The translations under genes were made by a program, and so were the position numbers. A stretch of DNA of 64,000 nucleotides, from contig NC_086097.1 of the NCBI RefSeq assembly GCF_963921235.1, positions 13,082,001 through 13,146,000 of the forward strand, read 5' to 3'. Position 1 is the first letter of the stretch. Each line of letters starts with the position of its first letter. The stretch comes from Mobula hypostoma. Lineage: Eukaryota. The notes beneath the pieces were generated by a model. The model saw only the letters and a program-made list of their open reading frames with translations. It had not been told where the DNA came from and searched no databases. Positions 25,026 to 37,794 of this stretch are shown piece after piece.

Positions 25026-27134
25026 GATTGTGAACAGAGCTCTCGTTATGTCTTTTCTATGTTATGCCTAACTGTTCTCCTTTTGCCTCTTTCACCCACT
25101 TCCCACTGTGTCGTAGAGCCAAACTCTCTGCCAGAGACCTGACTGCTCTGGTTTTCCTCTACTCAGTTGTTCCTGCTGACAGTATCCAACCACACAGACT
25201 GGGGCCAGTCTGCCAAGGACTTCACTGTGTAATTTTGACACAAACGGCAGACAAGGGCCGACAAAACACCTTCAATAATGCTCCGCGAGCAACGGACAAA
25301 GGGGAGATCTGGCTTTTTTTAAAGGTAATGAAAAAGAGCAATGAGACAGGGCCCCTGAGCAAAGGGTAGAGACAAGTCTCCTGTGTATTGGAAGTAAACA
25401 CGGGGTAGGGAAAGGGAGGAGGGAGATTTCCTTGGAGGCCGGTGTGTGCAGGTGTAGACATCCTCCGTCAGGAACAGTTCAGCCTGGGCAGCTGCTAGGC
25501 AAGACAGAGGTTCTGCAGCAACAAAACATTAGCAGACTGCTTAATTATAGAAAGCCAACCAGGACACCAGTGGGATGTTTGTGTGTTAAGAGGCCTCGGG
25601 TGAAACAGGTTACCACAGTTCACAGAAAAAAACGGAGACAAAGGATATTTTTTCAACTTTGTGGTGGTTTGCTTTACAGTGGACGACCCAAAAAATTCCT
25701 CCAGTCTCTATCAATGTCACAAGAAAATATTATAAGAATAACAGCAATCTTTCACATTTCTGCAATCATCCTGTTGCACTTTCTCAGCCTTGCATTAGGT
25801 TATTCTACGAGCCCTGTGCATAACATTCTGGCTTAGATTACGGGCTGGCAGATGTGGGCAACTACTAGAGGAGAGAGCATATTGGTAAATGAGTTATAAT
25901 TGGATATCTATATTCATGTTCTCAGTATTAGAGAAGTACAACACAGAAACAAGCCCTTCAGCCCATCTATTCCATGCCAAAACCATTTGAACTGTCTACT
26001 CCCAACCATCTGCACCAAGACCATGTCCCTACCATCCATGTACCTATCCAAACTTCGCTTAACTATTCAAATCAAGCTTGTATGTACCACTTGTGCAGGC
26101 ATCGCTTTCCAAATTCATGACCCTCTGAGTGAAGAAGTTTTTCCTCATGTTCCCCTTAAACTTTTCAATATTCACCCTTAACCCATGATCTCTGGTTGTA
26201 GTCCCACTATTTGCATTATTTCTCATTGTTATGATCTGTGATTTCTAAACTTTAAACTAATTCAAAAAAAGACACAGGAGTCCAAAAGGTGAGTCTAACT
26301 ATGGGTTCACTTAAGTGAATTGATCATATATAACCATAAAGAATTATCTAAACGAACAAGATACTTAATCAAAGGATATTTATATATACAAGATTAATGA
26401 AATATTCTTGAAATATTAAATACATAAGTCTTGCTCACTGGTTGTTTCTAAGTCTTTGTTTATGTATAGTTTTTCATAAATTCTATCGAATTTCTTTATT
26501 TTCCTGTAAATGCCTGAAAGAATTTGAACCTCGGGGTGGTATATAGTGACATATATGTATTTTGATAATAAATTTACTTTGACTTTGACAATTATAACTA
26601 GCGGATGAATATTTTTGCTGTATAACATGCTGAAAGTAGTAATCATGGTCAACAGGGCCGACTACAAAGAAAAGCAGAAATAACAGTAAATCTGAACTAA
26701 AAAGGCAGATACTTATGGCCAAATTTAATATAAAAACAGAAAAAAAGCATGAGTTCCTTCAAATATGAGTCCTGCAAACGACAACATGCCTAAATGTAAA
26801 GTGAGCTGGTGTTTCTCCTCATTATAACAATACAGGAGGCCACGGGTAGAAAGATCAGAGAGGGAGCAGGATAAAGAGGCAGGCAAAAGGAAGCTCAAGA
26901 TCATTGCTTCTCATGGTCATTACAGAGCACTGAGTATGGATGTTACTGCAAGGAGAAGCTGGGATCAATACCTGGGACTCAAATATCTATATTAATGAAT
27001 GAAGGGATCAAGGATACAGCAGCTAAATTTGTCGATGTTATAAAGACGACAGATTAGCAAGTTGTGATAGTTATACAAAGAACAAGAAATTGTCAGAGAT
27101 AGTGCTCTGTCAGGGTTGGGGTGGGAGGGTGGAG

Positions 27135-27475
27135 AGATCTCTCTACCAAAGGAGGTGTAAAACGCTCCTTCCCTCCGCTATCCTACAAATTACCCTTGGG
27201 CAAGGCATAGCACTTACTTAAACCCCAATCAGGGTCACATAAAGCCATGGGAGCAGGTGGTGGAGGGTCATATGAGCAGCTGGTTCATATCACAAGTACT
27301 GGTTATGTGACCACTGACGCCAGGCAATCTTTGAGGAGTATTGATAATGGCTGGAGTGACCCAGCTTCTAAAGATACTGCCCAGAAGAAGGCAATGGCAA
27401 ACCACTTCTGTAGAAAAAATTGTCAAGAACAATGATGGACATAGGGAGACTATGGGCAACCACGTCATATGACTA
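27135..27475 (+). mobile_element. RTE/BovB-related non-autonomous short element
   Basis: Contains gaagaaggcaatggcaaaccacttct (BovB/Bov-A-like block). Second copy at 45655-45960 (-). Confidence 0.6.
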
Positions 27476-27477
27476 CA

Positions 27478-29707
27478 TATCTGAACTTAAAGAGGGGTAA
27501 CTTTGCAGGTATGAGACGTGAATTAGCTAAGGTAGACTGGCAAATGACACTTAAAGGATTGACAGTGGATATGCAATGGCGAGCATTTAAAGGTTGCATG
27601 GATGAACTACAACAATTGTTCATCCAAGTTTGGCAGAAGAATAAATCAAGGAAGGTAGTGCACCTGTGGCTGACAAGAGAAATTAGGGATAGTATCAATT
27701 CCAAAGAAGAAGCATACAAATTAGCCAGAGAAAGTGGCTCACCTGAGGACTGGGAGAAATTCAGAGTTCAGCAGAGGAGGACAAAGAGCTTAATTAGGAA
27801 GGGGAAAAAAGATTATGAGAGAAAACTGGCAGGGAACATAAAAACGGACTGTAAAAGCTTTTATAGATATGTAAAAAGGAAAGACTGGTAAAGACAAATG
27901 TAGGTCCCCTGCAGACAGAAACAGGTGAATTGATTATGGGGAGCAAGGACATGGCAGACCAATTGAATAATTACTTTGGTTCTGTCTTCACTAAGGAGGA
28001 CATAAATAATCTTCCAGAAATAGTAGGGGACAGAGGGTCCAGTGAGATGGAGGAACTGAGCGAAATACATGTTAGTAGGGAAGTGGTGTTAGGTAAATTG
28101 AAGGGATTGAAGGCAGATAAATCCCCAGGGCCAGATGGTCTGCATCCTAGAGTGCTTAAGGAAGTAGCCCAAGAAATAGTGGATGCATTAGTGATAATTT
28201 TTCAAAACACGTTAAATTCTGGACTAGTTCCTGAGGATTGGAGGGTGGCTAATGTAACCCCACTTTTTAAAAAAGGAGGGAAAGAGAAACTGGGGAATTA
28301 TAGACCGGTTAGCCTAACGTCGGTGGTGGGGAAACTGCTGGAGTCGGTTATCAAGGATGTGATAACAGCACATTTGGAAAGCGGTGAAATGATCAGACAA
28401 AGTCAGCATGGATTTGTGAAAGGAAAATCATGTCTGACGAATCTCATAGAATTTTTTGAGGATGTAACTAGTAGAGTGGATAGGGGAGAACCAGTGGATG
28501 TGGTATATTTGGATTTTCAACAGGCTTTTGACAAGGTCCCACACAGGAGGTTAGTGTGCAAACTTAAAGCACACGGTATTGGGGGTAAGGTATTGATGTG
28601 GATAGAGAATTGGTTAGCAGACAGGAAGCAAAGAGTGGGAATAAACGGGACCTTTTCAGAATGGCAGGCAGTGACTAGTAGGGTACCGCAAGGCTCAGTG
28701 CTGGGACTCCAGTTGTTTACAATATATATTAATGACTTGGATGAGGGAATTGAATGCAGCATCTCCAAGTTTGCGGATGACACGAAACTCGGTGGCAGTG
28801 TTAGCTGTGAGGAGGATGCTAAGAGGATGCAGGGTGACTTGGATAGGTTGGGTGAGTGGGCAAATTAATGGCAGATGCAATTTAATGTGGATAAATGTGA
28901 AGTTATCCACTTTGGTAGCAAAAATAGGAAAACAGATTATTATCTGAATGGTGGCCGATTAGGAAAAGGGGAGGTGCAACGAGACCTGGGTGTCATTATA
29001 CACCAGTCATTGAAAGTGGGCATGCAGGTACAGCAGGCGGTGAAAAAGGCGAATGGTATGCTGGTATTTATAGCGAGAGGATTCGAGTACAGAAGCAGGG
29101 AGGTACTACTGCAGTTGTACAAGGCCTTGGTGAGACCACACCTGGAGTATTGTGTGCAGTTTTGGTCCCCTAATCTGAGGAAAGACATCCTTGCCATAGA
29201 GGGAGTACGAAGAAGGTTCACCAGATTGATTCCTGGGATGGCAGGACTTTCATATGAAGAAAGACTGGATAAATTGGGTTTGTACTCGTTGGAATTTAGA
29301 AGATTGAGGGGGGATCTGATTGAAACGTATAAGATCCTAAAGGGATTGGACAGGCTAGATGCAGAAAGATTGTTCCCGATGTTGGGGAAGTCCAGAACGA
29401 GGGGCCACAGTTTGAGGATAGAGGGGAAGCCTTTTAGGACCGAGATTAGGAGAAACTTCTTCACACAGAGAGTGGTGAATCTGTGGAATTCTGTGCCACA
29501 GGAAACAGTTGAGGCCAGTTCATTGGCTATATTTAAGAGGGAGTTAGATATGGCCCTTGTGGCTATCGGGGTCAGGGGGTATGGAGGGAAGGCTGGGGTG
29601 GGGTTCTGAGTTGGATGATCAGCCATGATCATAATAAATGGCGGTGCAGGCTCGAAGGGCCGAATGGCCTACTCCTGCACCTATATTCTATGTTTCTATG
29701 TTTCTAT
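27478..29707 (+). mobile_element. Young 5'-truncated CR1 LINE with nearly intact RT
   Basis: ORFs 27469-27891, 27930-28868 and 28875-29609 ([37 protein letters not shown]), broken by one frameshift and one stop. 3' stem-loop ggtgcagg..cctgcacc and (tttctatg)n tail. Sits inside an older CR1 (~26980-27080 and ~29710-30000). Confidence 0.97.
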
Positions 29708-30099
29708 AACAAATGAGTACAATGTGGTAAAATGTTAAATTAATTCCTTTAGAATGAAAACTTAATTTAAAAAGTTATTATTTAAACAGAATAAAATGAT
29801 AAAATGTTGCTGTTCAAAAGGATTTGTGAGCCCAATTAGCTGAAATACAAAAGCTGGCATACAGACGTTCTAAGTAATTGGGAAGGGTAATGGATCGTAT
29901 GAACCTTTACTAGGAGCGTACAAGTAGAGACGTTTATTTACAACTTTACAGGTGAGACCATACCTGGATTTCTGTATATACATTTTGATCTACAGACAGG
30001 AGTTTTTTGTTGGTTGAAATCAAAACCCATCATTAATGCAAAATGTTTCCAAGGAGAAAATGATTCTAAAAATTTAACTGGATATATAACAGAGCTCCA

Positions 30100-30370
30100 C
30101 TATTTTATTTTGAGATACAGTGTAGAACAAACCCCTCCGGCCCAGTGAGCCACAGTGTCCAGAAACCCACCCACTTAACCTGGCCTAATCACAGGAGAAT
30201 TTACAGTAACCAATTAACCTACTAAATCGTACGACGAAGGGTCTCGGCCCGAAATGTCGACTGTGCTTCTTCCTATGGATGCTGTCTGGCCTGCTGCGTT
30301 CCACCAGCATTTTGTATGTGTTCCCTGAGGTGTAATAGCATTGCGCTAACTGCTTAACTACCACCCTTAG
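30100..30370 (-). mobile_element. V-SINE whose central domain is replaced by a Penelope hammerhead fragment (30233-30322, +)
   Basis: SINE tail and head are present and the V-domain is absent. In its place: gacgaagggtctcggcccgaaatgtcgact...cagcattttg. Confidence 0.75.
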
Positions 30371-30504
30371 GATGGTACTATGAGGAGGCAAATTTCCTGG
30401 TTCATCATCCTTATCTAACTTTAAAGTTCCTTTAATCCTGTGTAAATACAGATCAGAATATTTATCCAAGCTGACATCCATGGGGATGAACAGGAAAAAA
30501 AAAT

Positions 30505-30775
30505 TATTATTTATTTATTGAGATACGACACAGAATAGGCCTTTCCAGCCCTTTAAACCACATCACCCAACAATTCCCTGACTTAATCCTAGCCTAATCA
30601 CGGAAGAATTTACAATGACCAATTAACCTACTAACCTGTACGTCTGTGGATTGTAGGAGGAAACCTACACAGTCATGGGGAGAACATACAAATTCCTTAC
30701 AGGGAGTGGCAGGAATTGAACCTTGGTCCATGGTACTGTAAATGGTTGAGCTAACCACTTTGTTACCATGCTGCC
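30505..30775 (-). mobile_element. V-SINE
   Basis: Same head, V-domain and tail layout as 10108-10390. Confidence 0.8.
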
Positions 30776-31489
30776 CTTTACAGAATGCAGCATGCTTTTA
30801 ATATATTGAAAACGGTGAATGTTTCAAAACCTGGACTGGATATTGTTCAGATATAACTAAATCTATGAAAGTTATATGATTTCCAATGAGATGAAAGAGG
30901 CACATTTCCTGGTGTCTTCAATTTAATTTTATTATAGTTCAGTTGTTTCTCAAAAAATCAAATATTTTACTCCTAGCTCAGTCAAAACCTGACCAGTTTT
31001 ACATCAGCCGAAACAAAACCAAATGTAGGTTACAACCTGTTCACTGATATTTTACGATAAGGCTTCTTGATGGGCTTATTTATATGTCTTTTTTTTAGAA
31101 GCAGTATGGTAATATGGTGTCCTGCAATACAACGAGAAACTTGCACACATTATATCCGTGTCAGCACTTTGACGAAGCTCTCTTCCAAGTCCTTCTTATA
31201 TAATGCAGGAAATATTTCTTCATCTCTTCTATTTGGGTCAGGATGAATTTTGATTACCTTTTGCTGACGTGCAGCGCCTTGAGATATTTGATAAGTTAAA
31301 GTGCTATACAGATTTAAGTGTTGATATTTTTGAAGATTGCTTAATGAGAAGTTCATCACAGTTGGTAGTGAAAAGGAATTGCTCTGAATTTCGGAGAGAG
31401 AGAGCATATAATGTTCATCCTTTCATAAAGTGTACTTTGCCAATCTGAGTGAGTATGAATTCCTCGGCAGCTCTGCTTTTGTAAAGCAG

Positions 31490-32400
31490 CACACTAAAAG
31501 CTGGCAGAATTCAGCAGTTCAGGCAGCATCTATGGAGACATTTTGGGCAGAGAGCAATCGGGACTAGAAAGGAAGGGGGAAGAAGTGGGTGGAGGGGAAG
31601 GTGTATAAGGGGGAAGGGGAAGGGAAGTTTTGGTCCCCTAATCTGAGGAAAGACATCCTTGCCATAGAGGGAGTACAAAGAAGGTTCACCAGATTGATTC
31701 CTGGGATGGCAGGACTTTCATATGATGAAAGACTGGATCGACTAGGCTTATACTCTCTGGAATTTAGGAGATTGAGGGGGGATCTTATTGAAATGTATAA
31801 AATTCTAAAGGGATTCGACAGGCTGGATGTAGGAAGATTGTTCTCGATGTTGGGGAAGTCCAGAACGAGGGGTCACAGTCTGAGGATAAAGGGGAAGCCT
31901 TTTAGGACCGAGATGAGGAAAAACTTCTTCAGATAGAGAGTGGTGAATCTGTGGAATTCTCTGCCATATGAAACAGTTGAGGCCAGTTCATTGGCTATAT
32001 TTAAGAGGGAGTTAGATATGGCCCTTGTGACTAAAGGGATCAGGGGGTACGGAGAGAAGGTTGGTACAGGGTTCTGAGTTGGATGATCAGCCATGAACAT
32101 ACTGAATGGCGGTGCAGGCTCGAAGGGCCGAATGGCCTACTCCTGCACCTATTTTCTATGTTTCTATATTTCTATAAGCTGGTTGGTGATGGGTGAAGCC
32201 AGGTGAGGAGGAAAGGTGGATGGGTGGAGGAGGGGAGATGTATTGAGAAGCTGGGAGGTAATAGGTGGAAAAGGGAAAGAGCTGAAGAAGAAGGAATCTG
32301 ATAGGACAGGACAGTGGACCATGGGAGAAAGGATGGAGGAGAGGGTCGGAGGGATTTGATGAGCAGGTGAGGAGAGTGGAAGGGGTAAGAGAGCAGTGTT
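31490..32400 (-). mobile_element. Penelope UTR fragment split by a CR1 insertion
   Basis: Purine-rich Penelope UTR on both sides of the CR1. Short tataag duplication at 31604-31609 / 32173-32178. Confidence 0.65.
31627..32172 (+). mobile_element. CR1 LINE 3' end, same young subfamily as 27478-29707
   Basis: FWSPNLRKDILAIEGVQRRFTRLIPGM, nearly identical to 29160-29707, with the same tail. Confidence 0.95.
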
Positions 32401-32549
32401 AGTTGTGCCACCTCTGACTGTTCACATGTCTGTTACTCCTATATGGATATGTCGTTAGATGCCAGTGGGCATAAAGAGTCAGTGAAGTGATGGTGTTCTG
32501 TAACCTAATTTGGAAAAGGCAGTCTGTAGGACACTTCTCAAAACTCACC

Positions 32550-33612
32550 CTATGTTGGGATGCTGTTCATCAGCTATAGCTCAGCATTTAATACCATCAT
32601 TCCCACAATCCTGATTGAGAAGTTGCAGAACCTGCGCCTTTGTACCTCTCTCTGCAATTGGATACTTGACTTCCTAACCAGAAGACCACAATCTGTATGG
32701 ATTGGCGATAACATATCCTCTTCGCTGACAATAATACTGGCGCACCTCAGGGGTGTGTGCTTAGCCCACTACTCTACTCTCTATATACCTATGGCTAGGC
32801 ATATCTCAAATACCATCGATAAATTTGCTGACGATACAATCATTGTTGGTAGAATCTCAGGTGGCGATGAGAGGGCGTACAGGAGTGAGATATGCCAACT
32901 GGTGGAGTGGTGTCGCAGCAACAACCTGGCACTCTACATCAGTAAGACGAAAGAGCTGATTGGGGACTTCAGGAAGGATAAGATGAAGGAACACATACCA
33001 ATCCTCATAGAGGGATCAGAAGTGGGGAGGGTGAGCAGCTTCAAGTTCCTGGGTGTCAAGATCTCTGAGGATCTAGCCTGGTCCCAGCATATTGATTTAG
33101 TTATAAAGAAGGCAAGACTGCGGCTATAATTTATTAGGAGTTTCAAGAGATTTGGCATGTCAACAAATACACTCAAAAATTTCTATAATGTACCGTGGGG
33201 AGCATTCTGACAGGCAGCATCACTGTCCAGTATAGAGGGACTAATGCACAGGACCGAAAGGAGCTGCAGAAGGTTGTAAATCTAGTCAACTCCACCTTGG
33301 GTACTAGCCTACAAAGTACCCAGGACATCTTCAGGGAGCGGTATCTCAAAAAGCAAGCGTCCATTATTAAGGACCTCCAGCATCTAGGGCGTGCCCTTTT
33401 TTAACTGTTACCATCAGGTAGGAGGTACAGAAGCCTGAAGTCACACACTGAGCAATTCAGGAACAGCTTCTTCCCCTCTGCCTTCCGATTCCTAAATGGA
33501 TATTGAACCCTTGGACACTACCTCACTTGTTTTAATATACAGTATTTCTGTTTTTTGCATGTTTTTTTTAATCTATTCAATATACATATACTATAATTGA
33601 TTTAAAAAAAGT
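32550..33612 (+). mobile_element. Rex1/Babar LINE RT region and 3' UTR (continues at 36786-36918)
   Basis: ORF 32560-33129 [30 protein letters not shown]. 3' tail resumes after the Penelope insertion. Confidence 0.92.
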
Positions 33613-33613
33613 A

Positions 33614-36600
33614 AACACGAGGAATTCTGCAGATGCTGGAAATTCAAGCAACACACATCAAAGTTGCTGGTGAACGCAGCAGGCCAGGCAGCATCTCTAG
33701 GAAGAGGTACAGTTGACGTTTTGGGCCGAGACCCTTCGTCAGGACTAACTGAAGGAAGAGCTAGTAAGAGTTTTGAAAGTGGGAGGGGAAGGGGGAGATC
33801 CAAAATGATAGGAGAAGACAGGAGGGGGAGGGATGGAGCCAAGAGCTGGACAGTTGATTGGCAAAAGGGAAATGAGAGGATCATGGGACAAGAGGCCCAG
33901 GGAGAAGGAAAAGGGGGAGGGGGGGAAAACCGAGAGGATGGGCAAAGGGTATAGTCAGAGGGACAGCGGGAGAAAAAGGAGAGACATAGAAAGAATGTGT
34001 GTATATAAATAAATAACGGATGGGGTACGAGGGGGAGGTGGGGCATTAGTGGAAGTTAGAGGAGTCAATGTTCATGCCATCAGGTTGGAGGCTACCCAGA
34101 CGGAATATAAGATGTTGTTCCTCCAACCTGAGTGTGGCTTCATCTTTACAGTAGAGGAGGCCTTGGATAGACATATCAGAATGGGAATGGGATGTGGAAT
34201 TAAAATGTGTGGCCACTGGGAGGTCCTGCTTTCTCTGGTGGACAGAGCGTAGGTGTTCAGCAAAACGATCTCCCAGTCTGCGTCGGGTCTTGCCAATATA
34301 TAGAAGGCCACATCGGGAGCACCGGACGAAGTATATCACCCCAGCCGACTCACAGGTGAAGTGTCGCCTCACCTGGAAGGACTGTCTGGGGCCCTGAATG
34401 GTGGTAAGGGAGGAAGTGTAAGGGAATGTGTAGCACTCGTTCCGCTTACAAGGATAAGTGCTAGGAGGGAGATCAGTGGGGAGGGATGGGGGGGACGAAT
34501 GGACAAGGGAGTTGTGTAGGGAGCGATCCCTGCAGAAAGCAGAGAGAGGGTGGGGAGGGAAAGATGTGCTTAGTGGTGGGATCCCGTTGGAGGTGGCGGA
34601 AGTTACGGAGAATAATATGTTGGACTCGGAGGCTGGTGGGGTGGTAGGTGAGGACCAGGGGAACCCTATTCCTAGTGGGGTGATGGAAGGATGGGGTGAG
34701 AGCAGATGTGCGTGAAATGGGGGAGATGCGTTTGAGAGCAGAGTTGATGGTGGAGGAAGGGAAGCCCCTTTCTTTAAAAAAGGAGGACATCTCCCTTGTC
34801 CTGGAATGAAAGCCTCATCCTGAGAGCAGATGTGGCGGAGACAGAGGAATTGTGAGAAGGGGATGGCATTTTTGCAAGAGACAGGGTGAGAAGAGGAATA
34901 GTCTAGATAGCTGTGAGAGTCAGTGGGCTTATAGTAGACATCAGTAGATAAGCTGTTTCCAGAGATAGAGACAGAAAGATCTAGAAAGGGGAGGGAGGTG
35001 TCGGAAATGGACCAGGTAAACTTGAGGGCAAGGTGAAAGTTGGAGGCAAAGTTAATAAAGTCAACGAGTTCTGCATGCGTGCAGGAAGCAGCGCCAATGC
35101 AGTCATCAATGTAGCGAAGGAAAGTGGGGGACAGATACCAGAATAGGCACGGAACATAGATTGTTCCACAAAGCCAACAAAAAGGCAGGCATAGCTAGGA
35201 CCCATACGGGTGCCCATAGCTACACCTTTAGTTTGGAGGAAGTGGGAGGAGCAAAAGGAGAAATTATTAAGAGTAAGGACTAATTCCGCTAGGCGGAGCA
35301 GAGTGGTGGTAGAGGGGAACTGATTAGGTCTGGAATCCAAAAAGTAGCGGAGAGCTTTGAGACCTTCCTGATGGGGAATGGAAGTATATAGGGACTGGAC
35401 ATCCATGGTGAAAACAAAGCAGTGTGGGCCAAGGAACTTAAAATGATCGAAAAGTTTAAGAGCGTGAGAAGTGTCGCGATCATAGGTAGGAAGGGATTGA
35501 ACAAGGGGGGATAAAACCGTGTCAAGGTATGCAGAAACGAGTTCGGCGGGGCAGGAGCAAACTGAGACAATAGGTCTGCCAGGACAGGCAAGTTTGTGGA
35601 TCTTGGGTAGGAGGTAGAAATGGGAAGTGCGAGGTGTGGGAACTATAAGGTTGGTAGCAGTGGATGGGAGATCCCCTGAGCGGATAAATTTGGTGATGGT
35701 GTGGGAGACAATGGCCTGGTGCTTTTCACGCACATCTGCTCTCACTCCATCCTCCCGTCACCCCACTAGGAATAGGGTTCCCCTTGTCCTCACCTACCAC
35801 CCCACCAGCCTCCGGATCCAACATATTATTCTCCGTAACTTCCGCCACCTCCAATGGGATCCCACCACTAAGCACATCTTTCCCTCCCCACCCTCTCTCT
35901 GCTTTGCACAGGGATTGCTCCCTACGCGACTCCCTTGTCCATTCGTCCCCCCCATCCCTCCCCACTGATCTCCCTCCTGGCGCTTATCCTTGTAAGTGGA
36001 ACAAGTGCTACACATGCCCTTACACTTCCTCCCTTACCACCATTCAGGGCCCCAGACAGTCCTTCCAGGTGAGGCAACACTTCACCTGTGAGTCGGCTGG
36101 TGTGATATACTGCGTCCAGTGCTCCCGATGTGGCCTTCTATATATTGGCGAGACCCGACACAGACTGGGAGATTGTTTCGCTGAACACCTACGCTCTGTC
36201 CGCCAGAGAAAGCAGGATCTCCCAGTGTCCACACATTTTAATTCCACATTCCATTCTCATTCTGATATGTCTATCCAAGGCCTCCTCTACTGTAAAGATG
36301 AAGCCACGCTCAGGTTGGAGGAACAACACCTTATATTCCATCTGGGTAGCCTCCAACCTGATGGCATGAACATTGACTTCTCTAACTTCCACTAATGCCC
36401 CACCTCCTCCTCGTACCCCATCCGTTATTTATTTATATACACACATTCTTTCTCTCTCTCTCCTTTTTCTCCCTCTGTCCCTCTGACTATACCCCTTGCC
36501 CATCCTCTGGGTTTTTTCCCCCTCCCCCCTTTCCTCCCTGGACCTCCTGTCCCATGATCCTCTCATATCCCTTTTGCCAATCACCTGTCCAGCTCTTGAC

Positions 36601-36785
36601 TCCATTCCTCCCCCTCCTGTCTTCTCCTATCATTTCGGATCTCCCCCTCCCCCTCCCACTTTCAAAACTCTTACTAGCTCTTGCTTCAGTTAGTCCTGAC
36701 GAAGGGTCTCGGCCCGAAACGTCGACTGTACCCCTTCCTAGAGATGCTGCCTGGCCTGCTGTGTTCACCAGCAACTTTGATGTGT
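33614..36785 (-). mobile_element. Penelope-like element (Neptune clade): RT + GIY-YIG with an inverted duplicated 3' arm
   Basis: ORF 34981-35745 (FYLLPKIHK, GRPIVS, MDVQSLYTSIPH, GVAMGTRMGPSYA). GIY-YIG with CxxC (VIY.V.CSRCGLLYIG) in 34046-34372 (-) and 35784-36395 (+). Cys-rich linker C..NKCYTC. Imperfect flanking duplication tact(a/g)taattgatt. Confidence 0.96.
36692..36727 (+). ncRNA. Minimal type I hammerhead ribozyme (Penelope-associated), intact core
   Basis: AGTC-CTGACGA-agggtctcggccc-GAAAC-GTC-GACT: stem I AGUC/GACU, stem II GGG/CCC hairpin, palindromic ACGU stem III, predicted cleavage after GUC (36723). Confidence 0.85.
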
Positions 36786-36924
36786 ATTACTGTAATTGAT
36801 TCACTTGTTTATTTATTTATTTTTCTCTTCTAGATTATGTATTGCATTGAACTGCTGCTGCTAAGTTAACAAATTTCACGTCACATGCCGGTGATCATAA
36901 ACCTGATTCTGATTCTGATATCGG

Positions 36925-37180
36925 TGAACACTGCAGCCAGTTGATCAATACCGGTTTTTAGTACTCAGCCAGGGACTCTGCCTGGGCTGGATGCTTTCCG
37001 TGGGATGATGCTCCAGAAGGATGCTCTCACGTCAGCCTCAGACACTGAAAGCACAGGGTCAATGTGGCCTGTGGGATTTCCTCCATGTTTCGTCAGTTAA
37101 AGAGAGCGTGGAAGGCATCGAGCTTACCGAGGAGTGACGCCTTGTTGTCACCAGTGTTGCTCGGTTTCACTATCTCAACT
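36925..37180 (-). mobile_element. Old Rex1 RT N-terminal fragment
   Basis: Reverse frame VSEADVRASF...RKASSPGRVPG*VLK..DQLAAVF. Confidence 0.65.
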
Positions 37181-37391
37181 GATCATTGCAGATTCCTTTC
37201 CAGCCTTTCAATGCGAAATAATCTCTCTGTATGGAGGAAAAAGAACCAAGGCATCTCCGACATTCACTTGAGCAGATGATGTGGTGGCAATGATGGAATA
37301 TGCTGCCCCTTTCCTCAGTGAATCATTTACATTACAGTCTTCCCCTCTCTGACCATTAAACTGCATACACAATATGTTCTATTCAACCTGG

Positions 37392-37665
37392 ATTTATTTA
37401 GCGCTGTAGGGTGGAACAGGCCCAGCCGCACTGCCCAGCTACCCACCTATTTAACACTAGCCTAATCACTGGACAATTTGCAATGACCAATTAACCTGCT
37501 AACCAGTACACCTTTGAACTGTGGGAGGAAACTGGAGCACCTGGAGGAAACCCGGGCACACATGGGAAGGAAGTATGAATTTTCTTACAGAAGGTGCCAG
37601 AAATGAGCTCTGTACACTGACGCCCTGAGCTTCAATAGCATCATGCTAACCAATATGCTATCATG
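37392..37665 (-). mobile_element. V-SINE
   Basis: gtgggaggaaactggagcacctggaggaaacc, the reverse complement of the V-domain. Confidence 0.8.
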
Positions 37666-37794
37666 CAGTGGTAGCTGCCTAGCATCTCAGTTGTACAATT
37701 ATTTATTCTCTTTTTTTCAGGAGCTTTGTTTTAAGAGTGATATGTGAAAACAGAGACACAAGTGCTGGAGATGCTGAGATCTGGAGCACAGATA

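Noticed and set aside
26229..26415. Possible solo LTR (TGTTA start)
   Set aside because: No TSD, partner LTR or internal sequence could be confirmed.
28940..29632. 230-aa minus-strand ORF
   Set aside because: Antisense shadow of CR1 ORF2; likewise 52714-53193.
35627..35968. Chimeric ORFs across the Penelope junction as novel genes
   Set aside because: They are created by the inversion breakpoint at ~35723.
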